Assembly: GCA_964057225.1 (NCBI GenBank) | Contig: OZ059897.1 | Location: 992,001 to 1,056,000, forward strand | Origin: Auanema rhodensis | Taxonomy: Eukaryota > Animalia > Nematoda | DNA length: 64,000 nt | Reading direction: 5' to 3' | Notes under the pieces: model-generated | What the model was told of the DNA's origin: nothing | Seen by the model: the letters and a program-made list of their open reading frames with translations, nothing else | Databases searched by the model: none | Position numbers and translations under genes: made by a program | Shown here: positions 11,935 to 27,600 of the stretch, piece by piece | How positions within the stretch are numbered: position 1 is the stretch's first letter | Layout of the letters: each line of letters starts with the position of its first letter

Positions 11935-14900
11935 TACATTGAGAAACGCTCAATACAAAAATTATTTATGATTGTTTGAAAAAAGATGCATTTGTGTATG
12001 TTGAGTTTCCATGTACACTCAACATTGCTTCCAAAAACATTTTGACAAAAATTTTCCCGAAAAATTTCAAGATAATTTTACAAAAACTAGATGTTTTTAG
12101 ATTCCTTTTTTCAAGGCAAAGACGATGGACAATGTTATTCAACGAAAAAATTGATTCTTCAGGGTGAAAATCGAGGATATAAGTGTGAACTTATATCAGT
12201 TGATATCTCGGTGAATTTTTAAGCTAACTCAAATTTGATAACACAGATCGACGCAGCTTAAAAATCCGTTTCGAATGCACTATACTACATTGAGAAACGC
12301 TCAATACAAAAATTATTTATGATTGTTTGAAAAAAGATGCATTAGTGTATGTTGAGTTTCCATGTACACTCAACATTGCTTCCAAAAACATTTTGACAAA
12401 AATTTTCCCGAAAAATTTCAAGATAATTTTACAGAAACTAGATGTTTTTAGATTCCTTTTTTCAAGGCAAAGACGATGGACAATGTTATTCAACAAAAAA
12501 ATTAATTCTTCAGGGTGAAAATCGAGGATATAAGTGTGAACTTATATCAGTTGATATCTCGGTGAATTTTAAAGCTAACTCAAATCTGATAACACAGATC
12601 GACGCAGCTTAAAAATCCGTTTCGAATGCACTATACTACATTGAGAAACGCTCAATACAAAAATTATTTATGATTGTTTGAAAAAAGATGCATTAGTGTA
12701 TGTTGAGTTTCCATGTACACTCAACATTGCTTCCAAAAACACTTTGACAAAAATTTTCCCGAAAAATTTCAAGATAATTTTACAGAAACTAGATGTTTTT
12801 AGATTCCTTTTTTCAAGGCAAAGACGATGGACAATGTTTTTCAACAAAAAAATTAATTCTTCAGGGTGAAAATCGAGGATATAAGTGTGAACTTATATCA
12901 GTTGATATCTCGGTGAATTTTTAAGCTAACTCAAATCTGATAACACAGATCGACGCAGCTTAAAAATCCGTTTCGAATGCACTATACTACATTGAGAAAC
13001 GCTCAATACAAAAATTATTTATGATTGTTTGAAAAAAGATGCATTAGTGTATGTTGAGTTTCCATGTACACTCAACATTGCTTCCAAAAACATTTTGACA
13101 AAAATTTTCCCGAAAAATTTCAAGATAATTTTACAAAAACTAGATGTTTTTAGATTCCTTTTTTTAAGGCAAAGACGATGGATAATGTTATTCAACGAAA
13201 AAATTAATTCTTCAGGGTGAAAATCGAGGATATAAGTGTGAACTTATATCAGTTGATATCTCGGTGCATTTTTAAGCTAACTCAAATCTGATAACACAGA
13301 TCGACGCAGCTTAAAAATCCGTTTCGAATGCACTATACTACATTGAGAAACGCTCAATACAAAAATTATTTATGATTGTTTGAAAAATGATGCATTAGTG
13401 TATGTTGAGTTTCCATGTACACTCAACATTGCTTCCAAAAACATTTTGACAAAAATTTTCCCGAAAAATTTCAAGATAATTTTACAAAAACTAGATGTTT
13501 TTAGATTCCTTTTTTTAAGGCGAAAACGATGGACAATGTTATTCAACGAAAAAATTGATTCTTCAGGGTGAAAATCGAGGATATAAGTGTGAACTTATAT
13601 CAGTTGATATCTCGGTGCATTTTTAAGCTAACTCAAATCTGATAACACAGATCGACGCAGCTTAAAAATCCGCATCGAATGCACTATACTACATTGAGAA
13701 ACGCTCAATACAAAAATTATTTATGATTGTTTGAAAAAAGATGCATTTGTGTATGTTGAGTTTCCATGTACACTCAACATTGCTTCCAAAAACATTTTGA
13801 CAAAAATTTTCCCGAAAAATTTCAAGATAATTTTACAAAAACTAGATGTTTTTAGATTCCTTTTTTCAAGGCAAAGACGATGGACAATGTTATTCAACGA
13901 AAAAATTGATTCTTCAGGGTGAAAATCGAGGATATAAGTGTGAACTTATATCAGTTGATATCTCGGTGAATTTTTAAGCTAACTCAAATTTGATAACACA
14001 GATCGACGCAGCTTAAAAATCCGTTTCGAATGCACTATACTACATTGAGAAACGCTCAATACAAAAATTATTTATGATTGTTTGAAAAAAGATGCATTAG
14101 TGTATGTTGAGTTTCCATGTACACTCAACATTGCTTCCAAAAACATTTTGACAAAAATTTTCCCGAAAAATTTCAAGATAATTTTACAAAAACTAGATGT
14201 TTTTAGATTCCTTTTTTCAAGGCAAAGACGATGGACAATGTTTTTCAACAAAAAAATTAATTCTTCAGGGTGAAAATCGAGGATATAAGTGTGAACTTAT
14301 ATCAGTTGATATCTCGGTGAATTTTTAAGCTAACTCAAATCTGATAACACAGATCGACGCAGCTTAAAAATCCGTTTCGAATGCACTATACTACATTGAG
14401 AAACGCTCAATACAAAAATTATTTATGATTGTTTGAAAAAAGATGCATTAGTGTATGTTGAGTTTCCATGTACACTCAACATTGCTTCCAAAAACATTTT
14501 GACAAAAATTTTCCCGAAAAATTTCAAGATAATTTTACAAAAACTAGATGTTTTTAGATTCCTTTTTTTAAGGCAAAGACGATGGATAATGTTATTCAAC
14601 GAAAAAATTAATTCTTCAGGGTGAAAATCGAGGATATAAGTGTGAACTTATATCAGTTGATATCTCGGTGCATTTTTAAGCTAACTCAAATCTGATAACA
14701 CAGATCGACGCAGCTTAAAAATCCGTTTCGAATGCACTATACTACATTGAGAAACGCTCAATACAAAAATTATTTATGATTGTTTGAAAAATGATGCATT
14801 AGTGTATGTTGAGTTTCCATGTACACTCAACATTGCTTCCAAAAACATTTTGACAAAAATTTTCCCGAAAAATTTCAAGATAATTTTACAAAAACTAGAT

Positions 14901-17900
14901 GTTTTTAGATTCCTTTTTTTAAGGCGAAAACGATGGACAATGTTATTCAACGAAAAAATTGATTCTTCAGGGTGAAAATCGAGGATATAAGTGTGAACTT
15001 ATATCAGTTGATATCTCGGTGCATTTTTAAGCTAACTCAAATCTGATAACACAGATCGACGCAGCTTAAAAATCCGCATCGAATGCACTATACTACATTG
15101 AGAAACGCTCAATACAAAAATTATTTATGATTGTTTGAAAAAAGATGCATTTGTGTATGTTGAGTTTCCATGTACACTCAACATTGCTTCCAAAAACATT
15201 TTGACAAAAATTTTCCCGAAAAATTTCAAGATAATTTTACAAAAACTAGATGTTTTTAGATTCCTTTTTTCAAGGCAAAGACGATGGACAATGTTATTCA
15301 ACGAAAAAATTGATTCTTCAGGGTGAAAATCGAGGATATAAGTGTGAACTTATATCAGTTGATATCTCGGTGAATTTTTAAGCTAACTCAAATTTGATAA
15401 CACAGATCGACGCAGCTTAAAAATCCGTTTCGAATGCACTATACTACATTGAGAAACGCTCAATACAAAAATTATTTATGATTGTTTGAAAAAAGATGCA
15501 TTAGTGTATGTTGAGTTTCCATGTACACTCAACATTGCTTCCAAAAACATTTTGACAAAAATTTTCCCGAAAAATTTCAAGATAATTTTACAGAAACTAG
15601 ATGTTTTTAGATTCCTTTTTTCAAGGCAAAGACGATGGACAATGTTATTCAACAAAAAAATTAATTCTTCAGGGTGAAAATCGAGGATATAAGTGTGAAC
15701 TTATATCAGTTGATATCTCGGTGAATTTTAAAGCTAACTCAAATCTGATAACACAGATCGACGCAGCTTAAAAATCCGTTTCGAATGCACTATACTACAT
15801 TGAGAAACGCTCAATACAAAAATTATTTATGATTGTTTGAAAAAAGATGCATTAGTGTATGTTGAGTTTCCATGTACACTCAACATTGCTTCCAAAAACA
15901 CTTTGACAAAAATTTTCCCGAAAAATTTCAAGATAATTTTACAGAAACTAGATGTTTTTAGATTCCTTTTTTCAAGGCAAAGACGATGGACAATGTTTTT
16001 CAACAAAAAAATTAATTCTTCAGGGTGAAAATCGAGGATATAAGTGTGAACTTATATCAGTTGATATCTCGGTGAATTTTTAAGCTAACTCAAATCTGAT
16101 AACACAGATCGACGCAGCTTAAAAATCCGTTTCGAATGCACTATACTACATTGAGAAACGCTCAATACAAAAATTATTTATGATTGTTTGAAAAAAGATG
16201 CATTAGTGTATGTTGAGTTTCCATGTACACTCAACATTGCTTCCAAAAACATTTTGACAAAAATTTTCCCGAAAAATTTCAAGATAATTTTACAAAAACT
16301 AGATGTTTTTAGATTCCTTTTTTTAAGGCAAAGACGATGGATAATGTTATTCAACGAAAAAATTAATTCTTCAGGGTGAAAATCGAGGATATAAGTGTGA
16401 ACTTATATCAGTTGATATCTCGGTGCATTTTTAAGCTAACTCAAATCTGATAACACAGATCGACGCAGCTTAAAAATCCGTTTCGAATGCACTATACTAC
16501 ATTGAGAAACGCTCAATACAAAAATTATTTATGATTGTTTGAAAAATGATGCATTAGTGTATGTTGAGTTTCCATGTACACTCAACATTGCTTCCAAAAA
16601 CATTTTGACAAAAATTTTCCCGAAAAATTTCAAGATAATTTTACAAAAACTAGATGTTTTTAGATTCCTTTTTTTAAGGCGAAAACGATGGACAATGTTA
16701 TTCAACGAAAAAATTGATTCTTCAGGGTGAAAATCGAGGATATAAGTGTGAACTTATATCAGTTGATATCTCGGTGCATTTTTAAGCTAACTCAAATCTG
16801 ATAACACAGATCGACGCAGCTTAAAAATCCGCATCGAATGCACTATACTACATTGAGAAACGCTCAATACAAAAATTATTTATGATTGTTTGAAAAAAGA
16901 TGCATTTGTGTATGTTGAGTTTCCATGTACACTCAACATTGCTTCCAAAAACATTTTGACAAAAATTTTCCCGAAAAATTTCAAGATAATTTTACAAAAA
17001 CTAGATGTTTTTAGATTCCTTTTTTCAAGGCAAAGACGATGGACAATGTTATTCAACGAAAAAATTGATTCTTCAGGGTGAAAATCGAGGATATAAGTGT
17101 GAACTTATATCAGTTGATATCTCGGTGAATTTTTAAGCTAACTCAAATTTGATAACACAGATCGACGCAGCTTAAAAATCCGTTTCGAATGCACTATACT
17201 ACATTGAGAAACGCTCAATACAAAAATTATTTATGATTGTTTGAAAAAAGATGCATTAGTGTATGTTGAGTTTCCATGTACACTCAACATTGCTTCCAAA
17301 AACATTTTGACAAAAATTTTCCCGAAAAATTTCAAGATAATTTTACAAAAACTAGATGTTTTTAGATTCCTTTTTTCAAGGCAAAGACGATGGACAATGT
17401 TTTTCAACAAAAAAATTAATTCTTCAGGGTGAAAATCGAGGATATAAGTGTGAACTTATATCAGTTGATATCTCGGTGAATTTTTAAGCTAACTCAAATC
17501 TGATAACACAGATCGACGCAGCTTAAAAATCCGTTTCGAATGCACTATACTACATTGAGAAACGCTCAATACAAAAATTATTTATGATTGTTTGAAAAAA
17601 GATGCATTAGTGTATGTTGAGTTTCCATGTACACTCAACATTGCTTCCAAAAACATTTTGACAAAAATTTTCCCGAAAAATTTCAAGATAATTTTACAAA
17701 AACTAGATGTTTTTAGATTCCTTTTTTTAAGGCAAAGACGATGGATAATGTTATTCAACGAAAAAATTAATTCTTCAGGGTGAAAATCGAGGATATAAGT
17801 GTGAACTTATATCAGTTGATATCTCGGTGCATTTTTAAGCTAACTCAAATCTGATAACACAGATCGACGCAGCTTAAAAATCCGTTTCGAATGCACTATA

Positions 17901-18603
17901 CTACATTGAGAAACGCTCAATACAAAAATTATTTATGATTGTTTGAAAAATGATGCATTAGTGTATGTTGAGTTTCCATGTACACTCAACATTGCTTCCA
18001 AAAACATTTTGACAAAAATTTTCCCGAAAAATTTCAAGATAATTTTACAAAAACTAGATGTTTTTAGATTCCTTTTTTTAAGGCGAAAACGATGGACAAT
18101 GTTATTCAACGAAAAAATTGATTCTTCAGGGTGAAAATCGAGGATATAAGTGTGAACTTATATCAGTTGATATCTCGGTGCATTTTTAAGCTAACTCAAA
18201 TCTGATAACACAGATCGACGCAGCTTAAAAATCCGCATCGAATGCACTATACTACATTGAGAAACGCTCAATACAAAAATTATTTATGATTGTTTGAAAA
18301 AAGATGCATTTGTGTATGTTGAGTTTCCATGTACACTCAACATTGCTTCCAAAAACATTTTGACAAAAATTTTCCCGAAAAATTTCAAGATAATTTTACA
18401 AAAACTAGATGTTTTTAGATTCCTTTTTTCAAGGCAAAGACGATGGACAATGTTATTCAACGAAAAAATTGATTCTTCAGGGTGAAAATCGAGGATATAA
18501 GTGTGAACTTATATCAGTTGATATCTCGGTGAATTTTTAAGCTAACTCAAATTTGATAACACAGATCGACGCAGCTTAAAAATCCGTTTCGAATGCACTA
18601 TAC
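11935..18603 (+). repeat. Tandem duplication of a 9-monomer (3159-bp) higher-order unit
   Basis: The rare AAAACACTTT variant occurs in the monomers with ORFs at 12678 and 15837 (3159 bp apart). The order of the nine monomer types from 12327-15135 is repeated at 15486-18294. Confidence 0.85.
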
Positions 18604-21600
18604 TACATTGAGAAACGCTCAATACAAAAATTATTTATGATTGTTTGAAAAAAGATGCATTAGTGTATGTTGAGTTTCCATGTACACTCAACATTGCTTC
18701 CAAAAACATTTTGACAAAAATTTTCCCGAAAAATTTCAAGATAATTTTACAAAAACTAGATGTTTTTAGATTCCTTTTTTCAAGGCAAAGACGATGGACA
18801 ATGTTATTCAACGAAAAAATTGATTCTTCAGGGTGAAAATCGAGGATATAAGTGTGAACTTATATCAGTTGATATCTCGGTGCATTTTTAAGCTAACTCA
18901 AATCTGATAACACAGATCGACGCAGCTTAAAAATCCGCATCGAATGCACTAAACTACATTGAAAAACGCTCAATACAAAAATTATTTATGATTGTTTGAA
19001 AAAAGATGCATTAGTGTATGTTGAGTTTCCATGTACACTCAACATTGCTTCCAAAAACATTTTGACAAAAATTTTCCCGAAAAATTTCAAGATAATTTTA
19101 CAGAAACTAGATGTTTTTAGATTCCTTTTTTCAAGGCAAAGACGATGGACAATGTTATTCAACAAAAAAATTAATTCTTCAGGGTGAAAATCGAGGATAT
19201 AAGTGTGAACTTATATCAGTTGATATCTCGGTGAATTTTAAAGCTAACTCAAATCTGATAACACAGATCGACGCAGCTTAAAAATCCGTTTCGAATGCAC
19301 TATACTACATTGAGAAACGCTCAATACAAAAATTATTTATGATTGTTTGAAAAAAGATGCATTAGTGTATGTTGAGTTTCCATGTACACTCAACATTGCT
19401 TCCAAAAACATTTTGACAAAAATTTTCCCGAAAAATTTCAAGATAATTTCACAGAAACTAGATGTTTTTAGATTCCTTTTTTCAAGGCAAAGACGATGGA
19501 CAATGTTTTTCAACAAAAAAATTAATTCTTCAGGGTGAAAATCGAGGATATAAGTGTGAACTTATATCAGTTGATATCTCGGTGAATTTTTAAGCTAACT
19601 CAAATCTGATAACACAGATCGACGCAGCTTAAAAATCCGTTTCGAATGCACTATACTACATTGAGAAACGCTCAATACAAAAATTATTTATGATTGTTTG
19701 AAAAAAGATGCATTAGTGTATGTTGAGTTTCCATGTACACTCAACATTGCTTCCAAAAACATTTTGACAAAAATTTTCCCGAAAAATTTCAAGATAATTT
19801 TACAAAAACTAGATGTTTTTAGATTCCTTTTTTTAAGGCAAAGACGATGGATAATGTTATTCAACGAAAAAATTAATTCTTCAGGGTGAAAATCGAGGAT
19901 ATAAGTGTGAACTTATATCAGTTGATATCTCGGTGCATTTTTAAGCTAACTCAAATCTGATAACACAGATCGACGCAGCTTAAAAATCCGTTTCGAATGC
20001 ACTATACTACATTGAGAAACGCTCAATACAAAAATTATTTATGATTGTTTGAAAAAAGATGCATTAGTGTATGTTGAGTTTCCATGTACACTCAACATTG
20101 CTTCCAAAAACATTTTGACAAAAATTTTCCCGAAAAATTTCAAGATAATTTTACAAAAACTAGATGTTTTTAGATTCCTTTTTTCAAGGCAAAGACGATG
20201 GACAATGTTTTTCAACAAAAAAATTAATTCTTCAGGGTGAAAATCGAGGATATAAGTGTGAACTTATATCAGTTGATATCTCGGTGAATTTTTAAGCTAA
20301 CTCAAATCTGATAACACAGATCGACGCAGCTTAAAAATCCGTTTCGAATGCACTATACTACATTGAGAAACGCTCAATACAAAAATTATTTATGATTGTT
20401 TGAAAAAAGATGCATTAGTGTATGTTGAGTTTCCATGTACACTCAACATTGCTTCCAAAAACATTTTGACAAAAATTTTCCCGAAAAATTTCAAGATAAT
20501 TTTACAAAAACTAGATGTTTTTAGATTCCTTTTTTTAAGGCAAAGACGATGGATAATGTTATTCAACGAAAAAATTAATTCTTCAGGGTGAAAATCGAGG
20601 ATATAAGTGTGAACTTATATCAGTTGATATCTCGGTGCATTTTTAAGCTAACTCAAATCTGATAACACAGATCGACGCAGCTTAAAAATCCGTTTCGAAT
20701 GCACTATACTACATTGAGAAACGCTCAATACAAAAATTATTTATGATTGTTTGAAAAATGATGCATTAGTGTATGTTGAGTTTCCATGTACACTCAACAT
20801 TGCTTCCAAAAACATTTTGACAAAAATTTTCCCGAAAAATTTCAAGATAATTTTACAAAAACTAGATGTTTTTAGATTCCTTTTTTTAAGGCGAAAACGA
20901 TGGACAATGTTATTCAACGAAAAAATTGATTCTTCAGGGTGAAAATCGAGGATATAAGTGTGAACTTATATCAGTTGATATCTCGGTGCATTTTTAAGCT
21001 AACTCAAATCTGATAACACAGATCGACGCAGCTTAAAAATCCGCATCGAATGCACTATACTACATTGAGAAACGCTCAATACAAAAATTATTTATGATTG
21101 TTTGAAAAAAGATGCATTTGTGTATGTTGAGTTTCCATGTACACTCAACATTGCTTCCAAAAACATTTTGACAAAAATTTTCCCGAAAAATTTCAAGATA
21201 ATTTTACAAAAACTAGATGTTTTTAGATTCCTTTTTTCAAGGCAAAGACGATGGACAATGTTATTCAACGAAAAAATTGATTCTTCAGGGTGAAAATCGA
21301 GGATATAAGTGTGAACTTATATCAGTTGATATCTCGGTGAATTTTTAAGCTAACTCAAATTTGATAACACAGATCGACGCAGCTTAAAAATCCGTTTCGA
21401 ATGCACTATCCTACATTGAGAAACGCTCAATACAAAAATTATTTATGATTGTTTGAAAAAAGATGCATTAGTGTATGTTGAGTTTCCATGTACACTCAAC
21501 ATTGCTTCCAAAAACATTTTGACAAAAATTTTCCCGAAAAATTTCAAGATAATTTTACAAAAACTAGATGTTTTTAGATTCCTTTTTTCAAGGCAAAGAC

Positions 21601-24600
21601 GATGGACAATGTTATTCAACGAAAAAATTGATTCTTCAGGGTGAAAATCGAGGATATAAGTGTGAACTTATATCAGTTGATATCTCGGTGCATTTTTAAG
21701 CTAACTCAAATCTGATAACACAGATCGACGCAGCTTAAAAATCCGCATCGAATGCACTAAACTACATTGAAAAACGCTCAATACAAAAATTATTTATGAT
21801 TGTTTGAAAAAAGATGCATTAGTGTATGTTGAGTTTCCATGTACACTCAACATTGCTTCCAAAAACATTTTGACAAAAATTTTCCCGAAAAATTTCAAGA
21901 TAATTTTACAGAAACTAGATGTTTTTAGATTCCTTTTTTCAAGGCAAAGACGATGGACAATGTTATTCAACAAAAAAATTAATTCTTCAGGGTGAAAATC
22001 GAGGATATAAGTGTGAACTTATATCAGTTGATATCTCGGTGAATTTTAAAGCTAACTCAAATCTGATAACACAGATCGACGCAGCTTAAAAATCCGTTTC
22101 GAATGCACTATACTACATTGAGAAACGCTCAATACAAAAATTATTTATGATTGTTTGAAAAAAGATGCATTAGTGTATGTTGAGTTTCCATGTACACTCA
22201 ACATTGCTTCCAAAAACATTTTGACAAAAATTTTCCCGAAAAATTTCAAGATAATTTCACAGAAACTAGATGTTTTTAGATTCCTTTTTTCAAGGCAAAG
22301 ACGATGGACAATGTTATTCAACAAAAAAATTAATTCTTCAGGGTGAAAATCGAGGATATAAGTGTGAACTTATATCAGTTGATATCTCGGTGAATTTTAA
22401 AGCTAACTCAAATCTGATAACACAGATCGACGCAGCTTAAAAATCCGTTTCGAATGCACTATACTACATTGAGAAACGCTCAATACAAAAATTATTTATG
22501 ATTGTTTGAAAAAAGATGCATTAGTGTATGTTGAGTTTCCATGTACACTCAACATTGCTTCCAAAAACATTTTGACAAAAATTTTCCCGAAAAATTTCAA
22601 GATAATTTCACAGAAACTAGATGTTTTTAGATTCCTTTTTTCAAGGCAAAGACGATGGACAATGTTTTTCAACAAAAAAATTAATTCTTCAGGGTGAAAA
22701 TCGAGGATATAAGTGTGAACTTATATCAGTTGATATCTCGGTGAATTTTTAAGCTAACTCAAATCTGATAACACAGATCGACGCAGCTTAAAAATCCGTT
22801 TCGAATGCACTATACTACATTGAGAAACGCTCAATACAAAAATTATTTATGATTGTTTGAAAAAAGATGCATTAGTGTATGTTGAGTTTCCATGTACACT
22901 CAACATTGCTTCCAAAAACATTTTGACAAAAATTTTCCCGAAAAATTTCAAGATAATTTTACAAAAACTAGATGTTTTTAGATTCCTTTTTTTAAGGCAA
23001 AGACGATGGATAATGTTATTCAACGAAAAAATTAATTCTTCAGGGTGAAAATCGAGGATATAAGTGTGAACTTATATCAGTTGATATCTCGGTGCATTTT
23101 TAAGCTAACTCAAATCTGATAACACAGATCGACGCAGCTTAAAAATCCGTTTCGAATGCACTATACTACATTGAGAAACGCTCAATACAAAAATTATTTA
23201 TGATTGTTTGAAAAATGATGCATTAGTGTATGTTGAGTTTCCATGTACACTCAACATTGCTTCCAAAAACATTTTGACAAAAATTTTCCCGAAAAATTTC
23301 AAGATAATTTTACAAAAACTAGATGTTTTTAGATTCCTTTTTTTAAGGCGAAAACGATGGACAATGTTATTCAACGAAAAAATTGATTCTTCAGGGTGAA
23401 AATCGAGGATATAAGTGTGAACTTATATCAGTTGATATCTCGGTGCATTTTTAAGCTAACTCAAATCTGATAACACAGATCGACGCAGCTTAAAAATCCG
23501 TTTCGAATGCACTATACTACATTGAGAAACGCTCAATACAAAAATTATTTATGATTGTTTGAAAAATTATGCATTAGTGTATGTTGAGTTTCCATGTACA
23601 CTCAACATTGCTTCCAAAAACATTTTGACAAAAATTTTCCCGAAAAATTTCAAGATAATTTTACAAAAACTAGATGTTTTTAGATTCCTTTTTTCAAGGC
23701 AAAGACGATGGACAATGTTATTCAACGAAAAAATTGATTCTTCAGGGTGAAAATCGAGGATATAAGTGTGAACTTATATCAGTTGATATCTCGGTGAATT
23801 TTTAAGCTAACTCAAATTTGATAACACAGATCGACGCAGCTTAAAAATCCGTTTCGAATGCACTATACTACATTGAGAAAGGCTTAATACGAAAATTATT
23901 TATGATTGTTTGAAAAAAGATGCATTAGTGTATGTTGAGTTTCCATGTACACTCAACATTGCTTCCAAAAACATTTTGACAAAAATTTTCCCGAAAAATT
24001 TCAAGATAATTTCACAGAAACTAGATGTTTTTAGATTCCTTTTTTCAAGGCAAAGACGATGGACAATGTTATTCAACAAAAAAATTAATTCTTCAGGGTG
24101 AAAATCGAGGATATAAGTGTGAACTTATATCAGTTGATATCTCGGTGAATTTTAAAGCTAACTCAAATCTGATAACACAGATCGACGCAGCTTAAAAATC
24201 CGTTTCGAATGCACTATACTACATTGAGAAACGCTCAATACAAAAATTATTTATGATTGTTTGAAAAAAGATGCATTAGTGTATGTTGAGTTTCCATGTA
24301 CACTCAACATTGCTTCCAAAAACATTTTGACAAAAATTTTCCCGAAAAATTTCAAGATAATTTCACAGAAACTAGATGTTTTTAGATTCCTTTTTTCAAG
24401 GCAAAGACGATGGACAATGTTATTCAACAAAAAAATTAATTCTTCAGGGTGAAAATCGAGGATATAAGTGTGAACTTATATCAGTTGATATCTCGGTGAA
24501 TTTTAAAGCTAACTCAAATCTGATAACACAGATCGACGCAGCTTAAAAATCCGTTTCGAATGCACTATACTACATTGAGAAACGCTCAATACAAAAATTA

Positions 24601-27600
24601 TTTATGATTGTTTGAAAAAAGATGCATTAGTGTATGTTGAGTTTCCATGTACACTCAACATTGCTTCCAAAAACATTTTGACAAAAATTTTCCCGAAAAA
24701 TTTCAAGATAATTTCACAGAAACTAGATGTTTTTAGATTCCTTTTTTCAAGGCAAAGACGATGGACAATGTTTTTCAACAAAAAAATTAATTCTTCAGGG
24801 TGAAAATCGAGGATATAAGTGTGAACTTATATCAGTTGATATCTCGGTGAATTTTTAAGCTAACTCAAATCTGATAACACAGATCGACGCAGCTTAAAAA
24901 TCCGTTTCGAATGCACTATACTACATTGAGAAACGCTCAATACAAAAATTATTTATGATTGTTTGAAAAAAGATGCATTAGTGTATGTTGAGTTTCCATG
25001 TACACTCAACATTGCTTCCAAAAACATTTTGACAAAAATTTTCCCGAAAAATTTCAAGATAATTTTACAAAAACTAGATGTTTTTAGATTCCTTTTTTTA
25101 AGGCAAAGACGATGGATAATGTTATTCAACGAAAAAATTAATTCTTCAGGGTGAAAATCGAGGATATAAGTGTGAACTTATATCAGTTGATATCTCGGTG
25201 CATTTTTAAGCTAACTCAAATCTGATAACACAGATCGACGCAGCTTAAAAATCCGTTTCGAATGCACTATACTACATTGAGAAACGCTCAATACAAAAAT
25301 TATTTATGATTGTTTGAAAAATGATGCATTAGTGTATGTTGAGTTTCCATGTACACTCAACATTGCTTCCAAAAACATTTTGACAAAAATTTTCCCGAAA
25401 AATTTCAAGATAATTTTACAAAAACTAGATGTTTTTAGATTCCTTTTTTTAAGGCGAAAACGATGGACAATGTTATTCAACGAAAAAATTGATTCTTCAG
25501 GGTGAAAATCGAGGATATAAGTGTGAACTTATATCAGTTGATATCTCGGTGCATTTTTAAGCTAACTCAAATCTGATAACACAGATCGACGCAGCTTAAA
25601 AATCCGTTTCGAATGCACTATACTACATTGAGAAACGCTCAATACAAAAATTATTTATGATTGTTTGAAAAATTATGCATTAGTGTATGTTGAGTTTCCA
25701 TGTACACTCAACATTGCTTCCAAAAACATTTTGACAAAAATTTTCCCGAAAAATTTCAAGATAATTTCACAGAAACTAGATGTTTTTAGATTCCTTTTTT
25801 CAAGGCAAAGACGATGGACAATGTTTTTCAACAAAAAAATTAATTCTTCAGGGTGAAAATCGAGGATATAAGTGTGAACTTATATCAGTTGATATCTCGG
25901 TGAATTTTTAAGCTAACTCAAATCTGATAACACAGATCGACGCAGCTTAAAAATCCGTTTCGAATGCACTATACTACATTGAGAAACGCTCAATACAAAA
26001 ATTATTTATGATTGTTTGAAAAAAGATGCATTAGTGTATGTTGAGTTTCCATGTACACTCAACATTGCTTCCAAAAACATTTTGACAAAAATTTTCCCGA
26101 AAAATTTCAAGATAATTTTACAAAAACTAGATGTTTTTAGATTCCTTTTTTTAAGGCAAAGACGATGGATAATGTTATTCAACGAAAAAATTAATTCTTC
26201 AGGGTGAAAATCGAGGATATAAGTGTGAACTTATATCAGTTGATATCTCGGTGCATTTTTAAGCTAACTCAAATCTGATAACACAGATCGACGCAGCTTA
26301 AAAATCCGTTTCGAATGCACTATACTACATTGAGAAACGCTCAATACAAAAATTATTTATGATTGTTTGAAAAATGATGCATTAGTGTATGTTGAGTTTC
26401 CATGTACACTCAACATTGCTTCCAAAAACATTTTGACAAAAATTTTCCCGAAAAATTTCAAGATAATTTTACAAAAACTAGATGTTTTTAGATTCCTTTT
26501 TTTAAGGCGAAAACGATGGACAATGTTATTCAACGAAAAAATTGATTCTTCAGGGTGAAAATCGAGGATATAAGTGTGAACTTATATCAGTTGATATCTC
26601 GGTGCATTTTTAAGCTAACTCAAATCTGATAACACAGATCGACGCAGCTTAAAAATCCGTTTCGAATGCACTATACTACATTGAGAAACGCTCAATACAA
26701 AAATTATTTATGATTGTTTGAAAAATTATGCATTAGTGTATGTTGAGTTTCCATGTACACTCAACATTGCTTCCAAAAACATTTTGACAAAAATTTTCCC
26801 GAAAAATTTCAAGATAATTTTACAAAAACTAGATGTTTTTAGATTCCTTTTTTCAAGGCAAAGACGATGGACAATGTTATTCAACGAAAAAATTGATTCT
26901 TCAGGGTGAAAATCGAGGATATAAGTGTGAACTTATATCAGTTGATATCTCGGTGAATTTTTAAGCTAACTCAAATTTGATAACACAGATCGACGCAGCT
27001 TAAAAATCCGTTTCGAATGCACTATACTACATTGAGAAACGCTCAATACAAAAATTATTTATGATTGTTTGAAAAAAGATGCATTAGTGTATGTTGAGTT
27101 TCCATGTACACTCAACATTGCTTCCAAAAACATTTTGACAAAAATTTTCCCGAAAAATTTCAAGATAATTTTACAGAAACTAGATGTTTTTAGATTCCTT
27201 TTTTCAAGGCAAAGACGATGGACAATGTTATTCAACAAAAAAATTAATTCTTCAGGGTGAAAATCGAGGATATAAGTGTGAACTTATATCAGTTGATATC
27301 TCGGTGAATTTTAAAGCTAACTCAAATCTGATAACACAGATCGACGCAGCTTAAAAATCCGTTTCGAATGCACTATACTACATTGAGAAACGCTCAATAC
27401 AAAAATTATTTATGATTGTTTGAAAAAAGATGCATTAGTGTATGTTGAGTTTCCATGTACACTCAACATTGCTTCCAAAAACATTTTGACAAAAATTTTC
27501 CCGAAAAATTTCAAGATAATTTTACAGAAACTAGATGTTTTTAGATTCCTTTTTTCAAGGCAAAGACGATGGACAATGTTTTTCAACAAAAAAATTAATT

